Source of the DNA: Eledone cirrhosa
Lineage: Eukaryota
Assembly: GCA_964016885.1 (NCBI GenBank)
Contig: OZ024760.1
Location: forward strand, 7,626,001-7,690,000
Reading direction: 5' to 3'
Length of the DNA: 64,000 nt
Positions 25,886 to 38,378 of the stretch are shown here, one piece after another (the first letter of the stretch is position 1; each line of letters opens with the position of its first letter). Below the pieces are notes generated by a model. The model saw only the letters and a list, made by a program, of their open reading frames with translations, searched no databases and was not told the DNA's origin. A program made the translations under genes and the position numbers.

Positions 25886-26457
25886 CTGATATAGCAGAAG
25901 CAGTAAGAAAAACAAAAAACAAAGATATCAATATATGCTGCATATTATCATAACAGTTACTGGACAGTTTTGTGTGTGTGTGTGTATAAGATTGACATAC
26001 CAATCGAAATTGATAATATTTGACAAAATTCTTATCCATTTAACCCTTTAGCATTCTTTCACCTCTTTCTGTTCAACCGGCCGCTCATACTGATGTTAAG
26101 GTATAGTTCTCAAAAAAATAATATCAAAATCTCATAGATTCAATATTATGTGAGGTAAAGCCTTTACTATGAAAATATGTTAAATATAGAATATTGTAAA
26201 TGTTAAAGGGTTAATGTAACAATTATAAAAATATTTATTTTGTCAGATTAAAGAAACAAAAAAAAAAAAAAAATTAATATATGCTGCATATTATCAATAA
26301 GTTACTGAACAAGAGTTTGTGTGTGTAAGATTGATATACCAATCAAAATCGATAATATTTGACAAATAGTTTTTATAATTGTTACATTAAATGGATAAAA
26401 ATTTTGTCAGATTCAAGAAATAAATCTTTAAATATACCCGTGCTTTTTCACTTTTTA

Positions 26458-26494
<37 letters not shown>

Positions 26495-26497
<3 letters not shown>

Positions 26498-27175
26498 AAA
26501 ACTCTTTTCCTAATATATAAAGCGTAAAACTAATATGTTTTCATTATACTGTATTGTTAGCTTTGTTATTTCTGTTTGCCTTTTTGCATGTATGCACACA
26601 GGAATTGGACTTAAAATTAACCTATTGGGATAGCAGACCTCAGTTCCAGCTTTGTATTAATTCATTATTGCACACACAATTTTTCATTCTTTGATTTTTT
26701 TTTACATATCTCATCTTATTTTATATTTTGTGGTTATATGGAAGCACATGAGTGCTGCATTTTATTTTTTCAAAATCACTTAATGCTTTAACCCTGTCAT
26801 AATCTCTTTTCACAAGCTTCTTTGGCATGATTTAGATATCTATTATAAAACATGTTTGTAATTGAATTAATGCACTAGAGTACTGAATTTTTACTTTACT
26901 GCTTCTAAATCTGCTTTTGATTACACCTTTTAAATGTAATAACACTTGGCATCATGTTTTTATACCATATGAGTCTAATCTGTATTATGATGTTACTTTT
27001 TGCATGTTTGTATCTGGATGCTTGTAACAACATTCACACTCCTGAAGATATGTAGAGCAGCAGACAAATGCCCAGTATATATATTGAGGCATGGCCGGCT
27101 GTTATACATTGAAACGTTTGTAGAGTAAAATTATGTTATCAGTCTAAACTGGTTATTCACTCTTAATTTATTATA
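26495..27175 (+). mobile_element. AT-rich insert in a microsatellite ending in a hammerhead motif (probable Penelope-like 3' end)
   Basis: (TA)n at 26460-26494 on the left, TA/GATA repeats on the right; hammerhead at 27038-27126. Confidence 0.45.
27038..27126 (+). ncRNA. Hammerhead motif with long stem II
   Basis: actc-CTGAAGA-tatgta...tacatt-GAA-AC/GT-A-gagt; stem II has nested pairings gcagc/gctgt and atgcc/ggcat. Confidence 0.5.
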
Positions 27176-27306
27176 TATAGAGAGATAGATAGATAGATAG
27201 ATAAACCCATAGAGCAAATATTTGCACAGATTAAAAGTTTAAGCAATTTATGCTTTCACCTTTATACAGGATCTTCTGACCAGCACCAATACCAAAGCAT
27301 ACTGAC

Positions 27307-27417
27307 CTGTTGTAAATGATTCTGGTTAACTTCTGGTTCTTCCCTTCTTCCTTTACCTTCAGCAGCGGAAGTAGAAGCAGCATTTTCAGTAGCTTCTTTC
27401 TCTTTTGCTAGCTGTTC
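27307..27417 (-). CDS. HUWE1: HUWE1 exon 30
   Basis: EQLAKEKEATENAASTSAAEGKGRREEPEVNQNHLQQ. Confidence 0.9.
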
Positions 27418-28561
27418 CTGCAGATAGAATTCATTTCCTCAATCAGATGCATACAAAAATATTACAAATCAAAAATAAAGCCTCACTTTCTTATAAAAAT
27501 ATATTTTTTAATCTTCAACACGCTGAATTGCTTCCCTTGACACTGCATTATGTATTAAGGGGAGATTACTCTATCGGCGACATAATGCACCTAGAGTGCC
27601 CAGAAGATTAAAACTGATAAGTTTCAGAAAGCCAGTACAATGCAGTAGAAATATACAAAGGGCAAAGGATGAGAAATAATACAAAAAGTAACGTCTTACC
27701 CAGTAACACAATGCGATAGAAATATATAAAGGGCAAAGGATAACAAATAAAAAGAACAAAGATGTTTTACCTATAATATTTTAACGTGATATTTCAGGGC
27801 TATTACCCTCTTATCAAATATAAAACAAAAGAATGATCAGTCTATTATATATCTCACAATGTTTTGTATTAACTACACTACTTTATACTATTTAACTTTT
27901 ACATTATTCTTTTAACTTTTTAGCATTTAAATCAGTCACACCTGGTCAGAATTCTGTCACCTCTTTCTGTTCAAACCGGCTGTAACCGGCCGCTCACACT
28001 GATGTTAAGGTATTTTCTCAACATAAATAGCAAAATCCCATAGATTCGATATTATGTGAGGTAAAGAGAGAATGTTAAGTGAGAAAGAGATATAAAGGAA
28101 GAATGGAGCCCAGTACTGGAATGTTACTTTTGTTTTATTATCGCCCTCGAAAGGATGGAAGGCAAAGTTAACTTCAGTGTGATTTGAACTCAAGAGCACA
28201 GAGAACTGGAACAAGTAGCACAAAAAAATCCTATTTAACAACCTAATGACTGCCAATTTGCCACCATTATTAGTAATAGATGAGGGTGATATCTCCCTCT
28301 TTCTGTCACACAAACTCTCTAAACAGATCACATTCCTTTTCTCTAAGTACATGTCTCTCGCTTGGTGCTCCTCCCTCTCTATATAAAGTGAGCGTGATGG
28401 ACGGATGGACAGACAGATAGACAGTGCTCATATAATATAGATAATTAGTACGTTAATTAACGATTATATAGTAAATTATAGTTATGAAATGATAATTATA
28501 GTAGAATACCTCAAAATTGTATTTCATTGGAAATACAGCTGGGAAAGGGTTAAACATTTAC

Positions 28562-28684
28562 CTTTATAATGCTTTCTCCTTTAATGATGTGACACAAAAT
28601 GGCCAACATAGATTCTGACATACGACTGCCATAGGTTTTCAGGGGTTTCCTTCTCCAAAGGTTCATCACAGCATTAAAAGCAGC
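28562..28684 (-). CDS. HUWE1: HUWE1 exon 29
   Basis: [41 protein letters not shown]. Confidence 0.94.
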
Positions 28685-29065
28685 CTAAAAGAACAGAATA
28701 CATAGATTATATAAATTCAATCAAACCAAAATCTCAAAGTTTTTCTAGCACAAAAAACAACCATCTTTAACCCATTACCATGAGTAATGTAAAGGGTTAA
28801 ACATTGTATTTCTTGGTACAGACACTACAAGGTAGTGGATGCACCCTGACTCCCCATCTGTGTTGCTCAATTTTTAAGCAAAAATTTAATAATAAAAAAA
28901 ATTATATAATCTTTAGCCTCCATGACTTAGTAGATTTTCCAGATTTTTGAAGGGGAATACAGTAATGAAGCTTTCTTATACTGGTACAAGGCCAGCAAAT
29001 GTAGGGGAAGGGGAAAGGCGATTAAATCGACCCCAATAGGTCATTTTATTGATCCAGAAAGGATG

Positions 29066-29098
<33 letters not shown>

Positions 29099-29479
29099 GC
29101 AGAATTTGAACTGAAAACGTAAATAATCAGAACAACACTGCTAAGTAATTGTCCAACGCTCTACCAATTCAGCCAATCCACTGCAGAGAATATTGAGTAA
29201 TAATAATGGTTTCTCATTTAGGAACAAGCCCAACAATTTTTTGCAGGAGGGGAAAGTCAATAAAATCAACCCCAGTTCATTACTGGTACTTTATTTTATC
29301 AACCCTGTAAGGATGAAGGGCAAAGCTAACCTCAGCGGGATTTGAACTCAAAACGTAGAAAGTCGCAACTAAATACCACAAAGCATTTTGTCCAACGCTC
29401 TACCGATTCTGCCAATCCACAATAATGATAATAATAATCAAACAAGGTTTAAATAAGTGAGGATGAAAATAAAATTTAC

Positions 29480-29637
29480 CTTTTGTGTTGTTATCAAATA
29501 CTGGACAGGACTGAATGGAACGAACCCTGGTTGGCTGGATTTGGCAGGAAGGACATGTGGGGATTCTGTGACAGTTTTGGGGTTCACCATCTTTTCAACA
29601 AGCATTAACCAAGCATCGAGAAATTCTCCAGTTCCTT
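29480..29637 (-). CDS. HUWE1: HUWE1 exon 28
   Basis: [20 protein letters not shown]...YLITTQK. Confidence 0.95.
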
Positions 29638-29977
29638 CTGAACATAAAATAAAATTAGAAAAAAATTTTTTTAATTCACATCTCACATCTATGTGGGTTT
29701 AGCTGGCTTCCCACAAGATTGCATCTCAGGAGGTAGGGTCCCCAAAGTTGTTACAGCTGGCCTCCTACAGGATTGCGTCTGATAGGTTTCTCTGGTGTTT
29801 TAATGATAGAGGCCCTAACATTGTTACAGCTCACACTGCTATAAGTTTAGCTGGCCTCCTACGCAAATGCATCCACCACTTAAGAGTTCTCTCATATTTT
29901 AATGATAGAGTCCCCATGAAAAAGTGAAATGAAGTGCTAAAACAAAACCACAATAATTCCAAAAAAGTAGGGCTTAC

Positions 29978-30051
29978 CTGGGAGGTCTGGATGTTCAAGG
30001 CCTTCAGAAGCAGGACACTTGCCTCTCATAGAAAGAGCCCAATTGAAAGAA
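29978..30051 (-). CDS. HUWE1: HUWE1 exon 27
   Basis: [24 protein letters not shown]. Confidence 0.93.
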
Positions 30052-31232
30052 CTGAAAAATTATTTAATAAAAAAAATCGATAATTATCTTAAGAAACTTA
30101 CATAAAATTTCTAACGAATCATCATCATCATTTAACGTCCGTATTCCACGCTTGCATGGGTTTGGACGGGAGTTTTCCCACTTGAGGCAAGAGTGGTTGT
30201 CTTGCTCGCATAGGACTGTCTGGCGGGTTTTCTACGGCTGGATGCCCTTCCTAACACCAACCACATTTACAGTGTGGAACTGGGAGGTTTTTACCGTGTT
30301 ACCTACACGGCCATATTACAGCATAGACTGTGTGTTTTTTAATTTAACTATACATTAAATGGTGATGATGTCTTAATCTTTTATTATATTTCTAATAAAA
30401 AACCTGTGGTTTTCAATTGTTAAAATAATTGAGAATTCGTCGAGATTTAGCAAAATAACTATCCTTTTTCATTAAGCCGGTATTTAAAACGTAAAATTTT
30501 CTTAAAATCTTGATGGAAGGTTTAAATTTGACCCTTTAGCATTTATATTACTCTATATTTATTATTGTATTTTCATGGCAAAGGCTTTATTTCACATAAT
30601 ATTGAATCTACGAGATTTTGATATTTACTTTGAGAACAATACCTTAATGTCAGTATGAGTAGCTGGTTACAGCCAGTTTGAACAGAAAGAGGAGAGAGAA
30701 TTCTGGCCAGTTATGGCTGGTTTAAATGCTAAAGGGTTAAAGAAACGCTAAAACAAAATTTGTTTTCGTTCTGAACATGGTGGCTACCTAAATGTATTCA
30801 TGAATGATATTATTCACTCACAAACACTAAAACAGTTTTGTATTATAAAACCAACAATGGATTTAGGTGGTTTTGAATTGAAATGGTGAGAAAAGACAGG
30901 GAGCTACTACCTCTGTTGACAACAAAAGGGTAGTAGGTAGTAGAACCTATTTCAGGTGAATTATTAAAAAAGGTTTTTAAATTTTTTAGAGGAATTTTTT
31001 TCCATAGGCTGATGCATATGTGTATATGTGCATATGCATACACATATATTTGTAGGAGTATAAATATAAACATGCAAACAGACACACATTCACACAAACA
31101 CACACATACATTCACGCAGGCAACAGACGTAAAAGTAAGGAGTAGTATGAGGTAGTCAAACTACCCTCTCTTTACATGTTGACAGAATCGCAGAAATTTA
31201 TATATAGATTATAACAATTGAACTGTACTTAC

Positions 31233-32035
31233 TCAAAAAATGCTGCTTGTGCTCCAGAAGACAGAAATTTCTGCAACATTAAGTGGTAGGGCAACTTTTT
31301 GTCATCAAATAGCATCGGGGATAGGAAGCCAACGCAGCAAACGAGGAATGTTAACCTCAATTTAGGCACAGGAGAGCTGGGAGGTGGTGTCCAACTGAAT
31401 GCATTGGCCAACAGTTTCATTAGGGCTTTGGCTACAGCCTGAGCAGCAGGAGTAGGGTTAGTGGGCGTGGCTGGCATCTGGTGGCTGCGGCGCTGTCGTA
31501 CGGGTGTCCCAACACACAACTTTACTAATAGGCTGAACAACTCGGCGAGGGCCCGACCCAGTCGAGAGGTCACCGAAAGCAAAGGTTTCAGCTGTTTCAC
31601 CTGAGCCTGTAAAGTTGGACACAGTTTGGACTTCTTCGATTCTTTTTCCAGGCTGTTTACCTCGTTAGTCTCCATCGGTGTTTCTTGGCTTTCAGAAGTG
31701 GTCAGAGATTCCAAAGCAGCACTTACTCCATTACTTCCCATTTCGTCTGTGCTATGCTTAAGGCCAGCAGCAGTCATGCCACCACTACCAGACGCAGAAT
31801 TACCACCCTCAGATGTGTTCTTTTCATCCTTATCACCTTTGCTATCCTTTGGCATCAATTTCTCCAAGTCAGCACGGCCAAATTCACAATCTGCAGGCAA
31901 CATGTCCTCTGTACAGAGAGCCAGTAAAACTGTACTCTCCCACACGAGGGAACAATAAAGACGGCTAAGTCCGGTCAAGACTTGCAGCCCTAGTTCAGAA
32001 CCCCAGTGGCTCACCGATATTGTTCGAATATCACT
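31233..32035 (-). CDS. HUWE1: HUWE1 exon 26 (803 nt)
   Basis: SDIRTISVSHWGSELGL...SRLGRALAELFSLLVKLCVG...PYHLMLQKFLSSGAQAAFF. Confidence 0.95.
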
Positions 32036-32755
32036 CTGGAAAGAAAATGATATCAATATAGGAAAATAATAAGAGCAAAATGGTGAACAATTGCTTAACT
32101 CTTAACATCCTGTAAAGATTTAACAGATAATGCCTAAATACTGGTTAATTCAAATGTTTCTAGTATCTTTACAGGTGGACAGATTGTCGTGAAAATTTGC
32201 AGTAAACTGAAGTAGTAAAAACTTTAATTTCAATATTCAATCAGACACCCTAATGATGCTACAGTCTCTGCCTTGAACTAACAACCTAACAAGTCTATTA
32301 GCACAATTAAAGACTGGATAAGGACATTCTTCTAAGAATGGGATTAACAGAAAGAGCAAAGCACCCAAATTAGTTGCTTCCCAGAATTTATTCAAATTTT
32401 AACAGCCTGTAATGATTTAGCAGAAAATATCTAAAACAGGTTTTTTTAAATTCAATCGTTTGTACTATCTTTACTGGTGGACAGATGATTATAAAAATCT
32501 GCAATTAACTAAAGTAAAGACTAAGTTGTAATGTGATACTATACAGTGCTGTAAAGAATGTCTTACTATTGTGTTTATGTGTGGTATAGGACATTAAAAG
32601 TTAAATCAATTACACCACTGAACTGATATTTTATTTTATTAAAAAGCTACACAAAAATGGAGCAACTTGCTCAAGAACATTATACACCACCTTGTCTAGG
32701 AGCTAAATCTACTCCCTTATTCTTTTGAGTCGAACAGTCTAACCCCTAGGAAACA

Positions 32756-32957
32756 TACGAGGGTCAGCTGAAAAGTTTATAGGCCGACTATGAAGGAGTG
32801 ATGCTAGAGCTGTGAAATCTTGCGTGTATTAATTTCAACTCGTCTTATAAATAACTGCATTGTTTCTTTCCAGAGACTATGTTGAAAAATAAACCTCATT
32901 TGAGTACCCATGAGAGTATCTTGGGCAACCTATAATCTTTTCAGCTGACCCTCATAC
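32756..32957. mobile_element. Mariner-type MITE with TA flanks (also ~17785-17940, 60007-60192, 63043-63237)
   Basis: TIR tacgagggtcagctgaaaag / cttttcagctgaccctcata. Confidence 0.8.
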
Positions 32958-32998
32958 CTTAAACCGTATATATATACACATTGGAAAGTTATATTTAC

Positions 32999-33244
32999 CT
33001 GTCCCATTCGGCAGACGTGAACAAACATCATAACATATGCATGAGCAGCAGATAAAGAGTGTAATAGAGGAGTGGCTTGAGGGCAGTATATAGCATCAGG
33101 AATGTTGGCAGCTAAGGCAAGTTCTCGGAGGAGGAGAGAACCACCTGGACGAGGCAATGGCTTGTGGAAATTTTCTAAACTCTCTAATACTTCATTCAAA
33201 CGAAGGAGACCTTGTTTCAATACTTGTGGCTCTCGTGATAAAGT
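32999..33244 (-). CDS. HUWE1: HUWE1 exon 25
   Basis: [16 protein letters not shown]...[17 protein letters not shown]. Confidence 0.94.
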
Positions 33245-33403
33245 CTACAAAACAGAATATATAATACAGAATGAAATATAAAGATATCAAACAAAATTTG
33301 AGACTCAACAGAAATAATTGTTTAACAGTTTCATTTCTTATGAAACAAGCTGCTTAGTACAGTCCAACCTCGGATCATGAATGCCTCATCGTCATCATTT
33401 TAT

Positions 33404-33731
33404 TATTTCATTTTACATCCGCTTTTCCCTGCTTGCAAAGGTGGGACGGGAACTGATTCTGGCTTGATTTCTACAGCTGGATGCCCTTCCTAACACCAAC
33501 CTCATTTACAGTGAGTGCTGGGTGCTTTTCTGCCGTGGCACCTCCACGACCACTTTGCAGTGGAATGATAGGGAACCCAGTCCTATCATCTCATTTCTAC
33601 AGCTGAGTAAACTGGAGCAATGTGAAATAAAGTGTCTTGCTCAAGGAAACAACACATTACCCGGTCTGAGAATTGAACTCACAACCTTTCGATTGCAAGC
33701 CCAATGCTCTAACCACTAAGCCATGTGCCTC
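33404..33731 (-). mobile_element. Young CORE-like SINE nested in a Tigger/pogo-like MITE (33360-33988)
   Basis: reverse complement of 1747-2064; host ends cagtccaacctc.../...ggttccactg; uninterrupted relative at 14605-14920. Confidence 0.82.
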
Positions 33732-34539
33732 ATCATGAACAATTTTTCCGAACATAAAACACCTCAGTTCATGGTGTCTCGATTAATGAACATGCAAACT
33801 GGCAACAATGATTGGCAACAAGCTGGGATTATCAATGGGAAAGCATCACTTGCTGTGTAGTTAGTTACTATGATGATATATATCTCTCTCAACATTTCCT
33901 TATGGGAAAAATAGTTTCCGTTAATGAACATTTTGAATGACGAATGACCTTCAGGAATGAATTAAGTTTGTGAACCAAGGTTCCACTGTATTTTTAAATA
34001 ATTTTGAAAAATAAAAAGCTATTTCGAAGGATTTAGTCATCTAACTAACATTTTCATTATATTTCTAATGAAATAAGATGCCCATGTTTTACAATTAGTT
34101 TTTAAAATAATCAAGTATTTGAAGGGTTTTTTTTATTTTTAAGTTGATGTTTGAAATATAATTTAAAACTGTCACATACAAAACTATGTTGGAAGATTTA
34201 AATTTAAATATGAACACTTTATAACAGCTTTGTATCACAGAAGCAAGACTGGTTTCAAGTGGGTTGGTATCAGCAAAGTTAAAATAACAAAACACAAATT
34301 AACCCATTAGCATTTAAACAGGCCCTATCTGGCCAGAATTCTTTTACTTCTTTATGTTCAAACTGGCCATAACTGGCTGCTTCTACTTGCGTTAAGGTAT
34401 TGTTCTCAAAATAAATAAAATTAAAATCTCATAGATTCGATATTATGTGGGATAATTATAGGAGGCAAAGCCTTTACCGTGAAAATATAATAGTATATAT
34501 AGAGTAATGTAAATGGTAAAGGGTTAAAGCAATACTTAC

Positions 34540-34716
34540 TAAGATGGATTTACAGACACTAGCCACTGCCTGGCATGCAGGGGATGTAGGAAAATCAATT
34601 GGGAGATTTGGAAGACCTAAAATTCCCATCAGAGGGGTGAGACCTTTCTGTGTAACAAATTCCCGGCAATGGTCATCTGTTGTGTTATTGCTGAGGATAG
34701 CTTCCACAAATTTCAT
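34540..34716 (-). CDS. HUWE1: HUWE1 exon 24
   Basis: [21 protein letters not shown]...[13 protein letters not shown]. Confidence 0.95.
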
Positions 34717-35036
34717 CTGAAATTAAAATGATAATGATAATATTCAATCAAACTCTACACTAGATTCTCAAAATAGAATCTGGAGCAATATTATTTTTTC
34801 TTCATTAAATGTGTGTGTGTACATTATACTAGATAAAGTGTTATTACTACATCCAAACAGTTTACGAGGTGCGTGTGTGTGTGTGTATTACAGAAAGAAC
34901 TTACTACATTCAAAATAGTCTATCAAAGATATGTGTGTGTGTGTGCGTGTGCGTAATACAAGTCTATCAAAGATAGATAGGTGTGTGTGTGTGTGTGTCT
35001 GTGTGTCTGTGTGATACTAAGAGAAGGTATACTCAC

Positions 35037-35088
35037 TACATTCAAAATATAGTCTATGAGAGGGATTGCAAGCCTTTCTTGGGAATTC
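35037..35088 (-). CDS. HUWE1: HUWE1 exon 23
   Basis: NSQERLAIPLIDYILNV. Confidence 0.92.
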
Positions 35089-35480
35089 CTGAAAATTTAA
35101 AACACAAACATTTCATCGCAATGTTGGATCCACAGAAGGAGGAGGGGTTTTATCAAATTCCATTACAATGTTAGAGAGGGGAGGAGTGGGATGAACAAGA
35201 ATGCTAGAAATAAGGAGCAAAATTATAAAATTATTCAAACTTAGTAAATGTAATCCTTTCTTTACCATATTTTTAACAGAAGACACTGCCTGTGATTTTC
35301 AAATAATCAAGAATTTGGAGAAATTTAGTAATATAACCTTCTCCTTAACATAAGGCACTTACATAAAATTCTACCAGATGGTTTAAATTTAAATATGAAC
35401 ATTTTCATCATAGTTTCAGTAGGATTGATATAAAAAATTTAAGGAGGGGGGAAGGAAAAAGAATTTTATTTTCAACTTAC

Positions 35481-35695
35481 TGTGCCTGTTCAGAAGCTAA
35501 GAGCTGCTTCGCACCACTACTTTGACTTGCAGTGCTTGCCATATCATCGTCATCTTCATCCTCGTCTGATGAGCCACCGCCATCAGGCGGTTGAGGTGAT
35601 CGAGGCGAAGCATTCTGGGATTGCTCAGCTTTCGGTTGGGGTTTTTGACACATATATTTCATATCTCGGCCCATTGCACAAACTTCTTCTAATAG
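35481..35695 (-). CDS. HUWE1: HUWE1 exon 22
   Basis: LLEEVCAMGRDMKYMCQKP...SSDEDEDDDD...SEQAQ. Confidence 0.92.
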
Positions 35696-36209
35696 CTGCA
35701 AATAAAACATCCACAAAAAATTAAATTCCTGCAGAAACTATTGCAAATTTTTCCCTAATGTACTGAAACAATGTATTTGGCATAATGCGGCTGGTGTTAG
35801 GGAGAGCATCCTGCAGTAGAAACCAAACCAAAATACAGATCCGTATGAGCAAGACATTGTCACCTGACCTAATTTGTCCTATAACATGACATGACATGAC
35901 ATCCCTTCAAATCCATGCAAGCATGGAAAATGGACATTAACCTTTAGACGCTGAACTTTTTTATGAATCGCTTCCCTTGACACCGTATTATGTATTAAGG
36001 GGAGTTTACTCAATTGGCAACATAAGGCACCTAGAGCACCCAGAAGATTAAACTATGGTGATGATTTCATTATAAATCTTCATTGTTTAAATAAATGTAG
36101 AACAGTGATGATTAATTTAGAATTTGAGGTATTTACTAATTATTCCATTACTTAGTAACTTAATAAAAGGTTCTTAATATAAATAGGAACCCTTTAGGAT
36201 TTCACAAAT

Positions 36210-36543
36210 TCTACAAGGCTTGGATGGGAGTGATGCAAGGTGACCTCAGATTGCTAAAATGCCAAGTGACATAAGTGGAAGGAAGTCACAGTAGAGGAAG
36301 ACCAAGGATGGTGAGAGCTGATCGCATATAGCCGAAGTGCGAAGTGCGAAGTAATTGCAGGGGAACTAAGCCAGAGTAGAGGAACACCAAGGAAGACCTG
36401 GATGGAAGTGGTGTGAGACTTGATCTCAGATCGCTAAAGTTCATGGGGGGGGGGGGGGGGGGCAAAGGAACGTGACAAGTAGAGAAATAGTGTACTGAGA
36501 AGGACCTGCCCAACGCATGCAATGGACGTATGATGATGATGAC
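36210..36543 (+). mobile_element. RTE-type LINE 3' fragment
   Basis: gaggaacaccaaggaagacctggatggaagtggtgtgagacttgatctcag...ggacgtatgatgatgat. Confidence 0.65.
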
Positions 36544-36587
36544 TGGCTGGCTGAACAAATATTAAATAAAATAATATATATACACAT

Positions 36588-36899
36588 GGAGGCACATGGC
36601 TTAGTGGTTAGAGCATTGGCTTTGCAATTCTCAGACCGGGTGATGTGTTGTTTCCTTGAGCAAGACACTTTATTTCACATTGCTCCAGTTTACTCAGCTG
36701 TAGAAATGAGATGATAGGGACTGGGGTCCCTATCATTCCACTGAAGTGGTCGTGGAGGTGCCACGGCAAAAAAAGCACCCAGCACTCACTGTAAATGAGG
36801 TTGGTGTTAGGAAGGGCATCCAGCTGTAGAAATCAAGCCAGAATCAGTTCCCGTCCCACCCTTGCAAGCAAGGAAAAGCGGCCGTAAAATGAAATGATG
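36588..36899 (+). mobile_element. Young CORE-like SINE (B-box region deleted)
   Basis: same family as 1747-2064. Confidence 0.82.
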
Positions 36900-37105
36900 A
36901 CACCACCACCATCATTTCTGTTAAGCGTCAATTTCTCCATACTTACATGGGTTAGACAGGTTATCCATGCTGGAAGGCAAGTCTGGCCATGCCACACCTT
37001 GCTCTGGTGAGGACTGTAAATTTGGCCAGGTATTTTACAGCTGGATGCCCTTCCTAACACCAACCACATTTGCAGTACATATATATATATTAAAATATTA
37101 CAAAC

Positions 37106-37197
37106 CTTAATGGTTGCTTTGGTTGCATCTGTTCTCAAAGAAGGCTGATGTCGCATTAATTCATCCATAGCATTGCCTAAATTACTGGCAGTATCTC
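37106..37197 (-). CDS. HUWE1: HUWE1 exon 21
   Basis: [31 protein letters not shown]. Confidence 0.94.
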
Positions 37198-37358
37198 CTG
37201 AAATATATATATATATATATATATATATACTACGTAGAATGATGGCAAAGTAAAGATAAATGTGCATATATGTAGTCTACATTATAGAAGGAACTGGGTA
37301 AGCCACAAACAACAATAATCAAATTGTTAAAAAAAAAAAAAAAGATAGGAATATTTAC

Positions 37359-37536
37359 CAAAGGGATCTGAACTTCTGCGGCGGCGCATTGCTGGTAGAT
37401 AGTCTTGAGATAGTAGAACTTTAAATAGTCTGTCAAACGGCCGGCACTGTACAAAAGCCTCGAGACCTCTTGCATTCAGGCAAAGTGCACTAAAAACGTT
37501 TGGTAAAGCTGCAAGAACTTCACGAGTTGCTGGGAC
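37359..37536 (-). CDS. HUWE1: HUWE1 exon 20
   Basis: [59 protein letters not shown]. Confidence 0.95.
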
Positions 37537-38271
37537 CTGAAATAGATAACATTTTTTTTACTTCATCTTCTGTGAAGATAAACGGTTCAATCATATTTTA
37601 TAATGGTTAAAAAAAAACAACAAAGAGAAAGTACCATATACACTTGAATATAAGCCGACAGTCCCCACCTAGTTTTGTGTGTGAGAAATGGGCAAAAATT
37701 CAAACCCTGTTTAAAAGCGAAGTCAGCTAACCAACAAATTATGTTTAAATGATGTATACAAGCCCCCTTTCCCCCATTTTACCATTGTTCTTTTGGTCAC
37801 ATATTCCCCAGCTTTTATTATAACGGAATTTCACTATTACTAAATCACTCTAAATTCTTAATTTTCAAAATGATTAACAAGCCGTCTAAGGCCACCCATC
37901 TTCCCTGCTAAAGCAAGGGTTAGCCTTGAATGATAAATTTCTGCACTTTTCCCTATAGTCTGACATCCCACACACACCTTCCCTGCCACTCCATCTTTAG
38001 CCATGTCTTCCTTGGACCATTTCAAATTAAGGTAATATGTAAAATTCTTTATTCTTAAAATGACTAAGATATTGGGCAATGCTTTCCATTAGAACTATTG
38101 TAACGCAAGTGTTAACCAGATATTTTTAACATTCATACACATACACATAAACAGACACATAATACATACTCATATTGTAATGCACGCATTAACCAGATAC
38201 ACACATAAACACAGACATATATACAAACACACTACACACATACAAACACACAGAAAACATGGAGATCTTAC

Positions 38272-38378
38272 ATCTTTGGTCAAGAGAGCATGAAGAACAA
38301 CATCAGTTAGGCCATTGTCTTGGAGAGATGACAGCAAGGACGGTTCTTGAAACACAAACACTGTTACAACATCAGTAG
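38272..38378 (-). CDS. HUWE1: HUWE1 exon 19
   Basis: [36 protein letters not shown]. Confidence 0.95.

Noticed and set aside
27778-27822. Hammerhead-like TTGATAA-aggg/ccct-GAAA on minus strand
   Set aside because: Two core substitutions and no convincing stems I/III; may be a fossil but cannot be supported
31626-31958. Plus-strand ORFs overlapping exons (also 14994, 16274, 29457, 41836)
   Set aside because: Antisense shadows of HUWE1 coding exons
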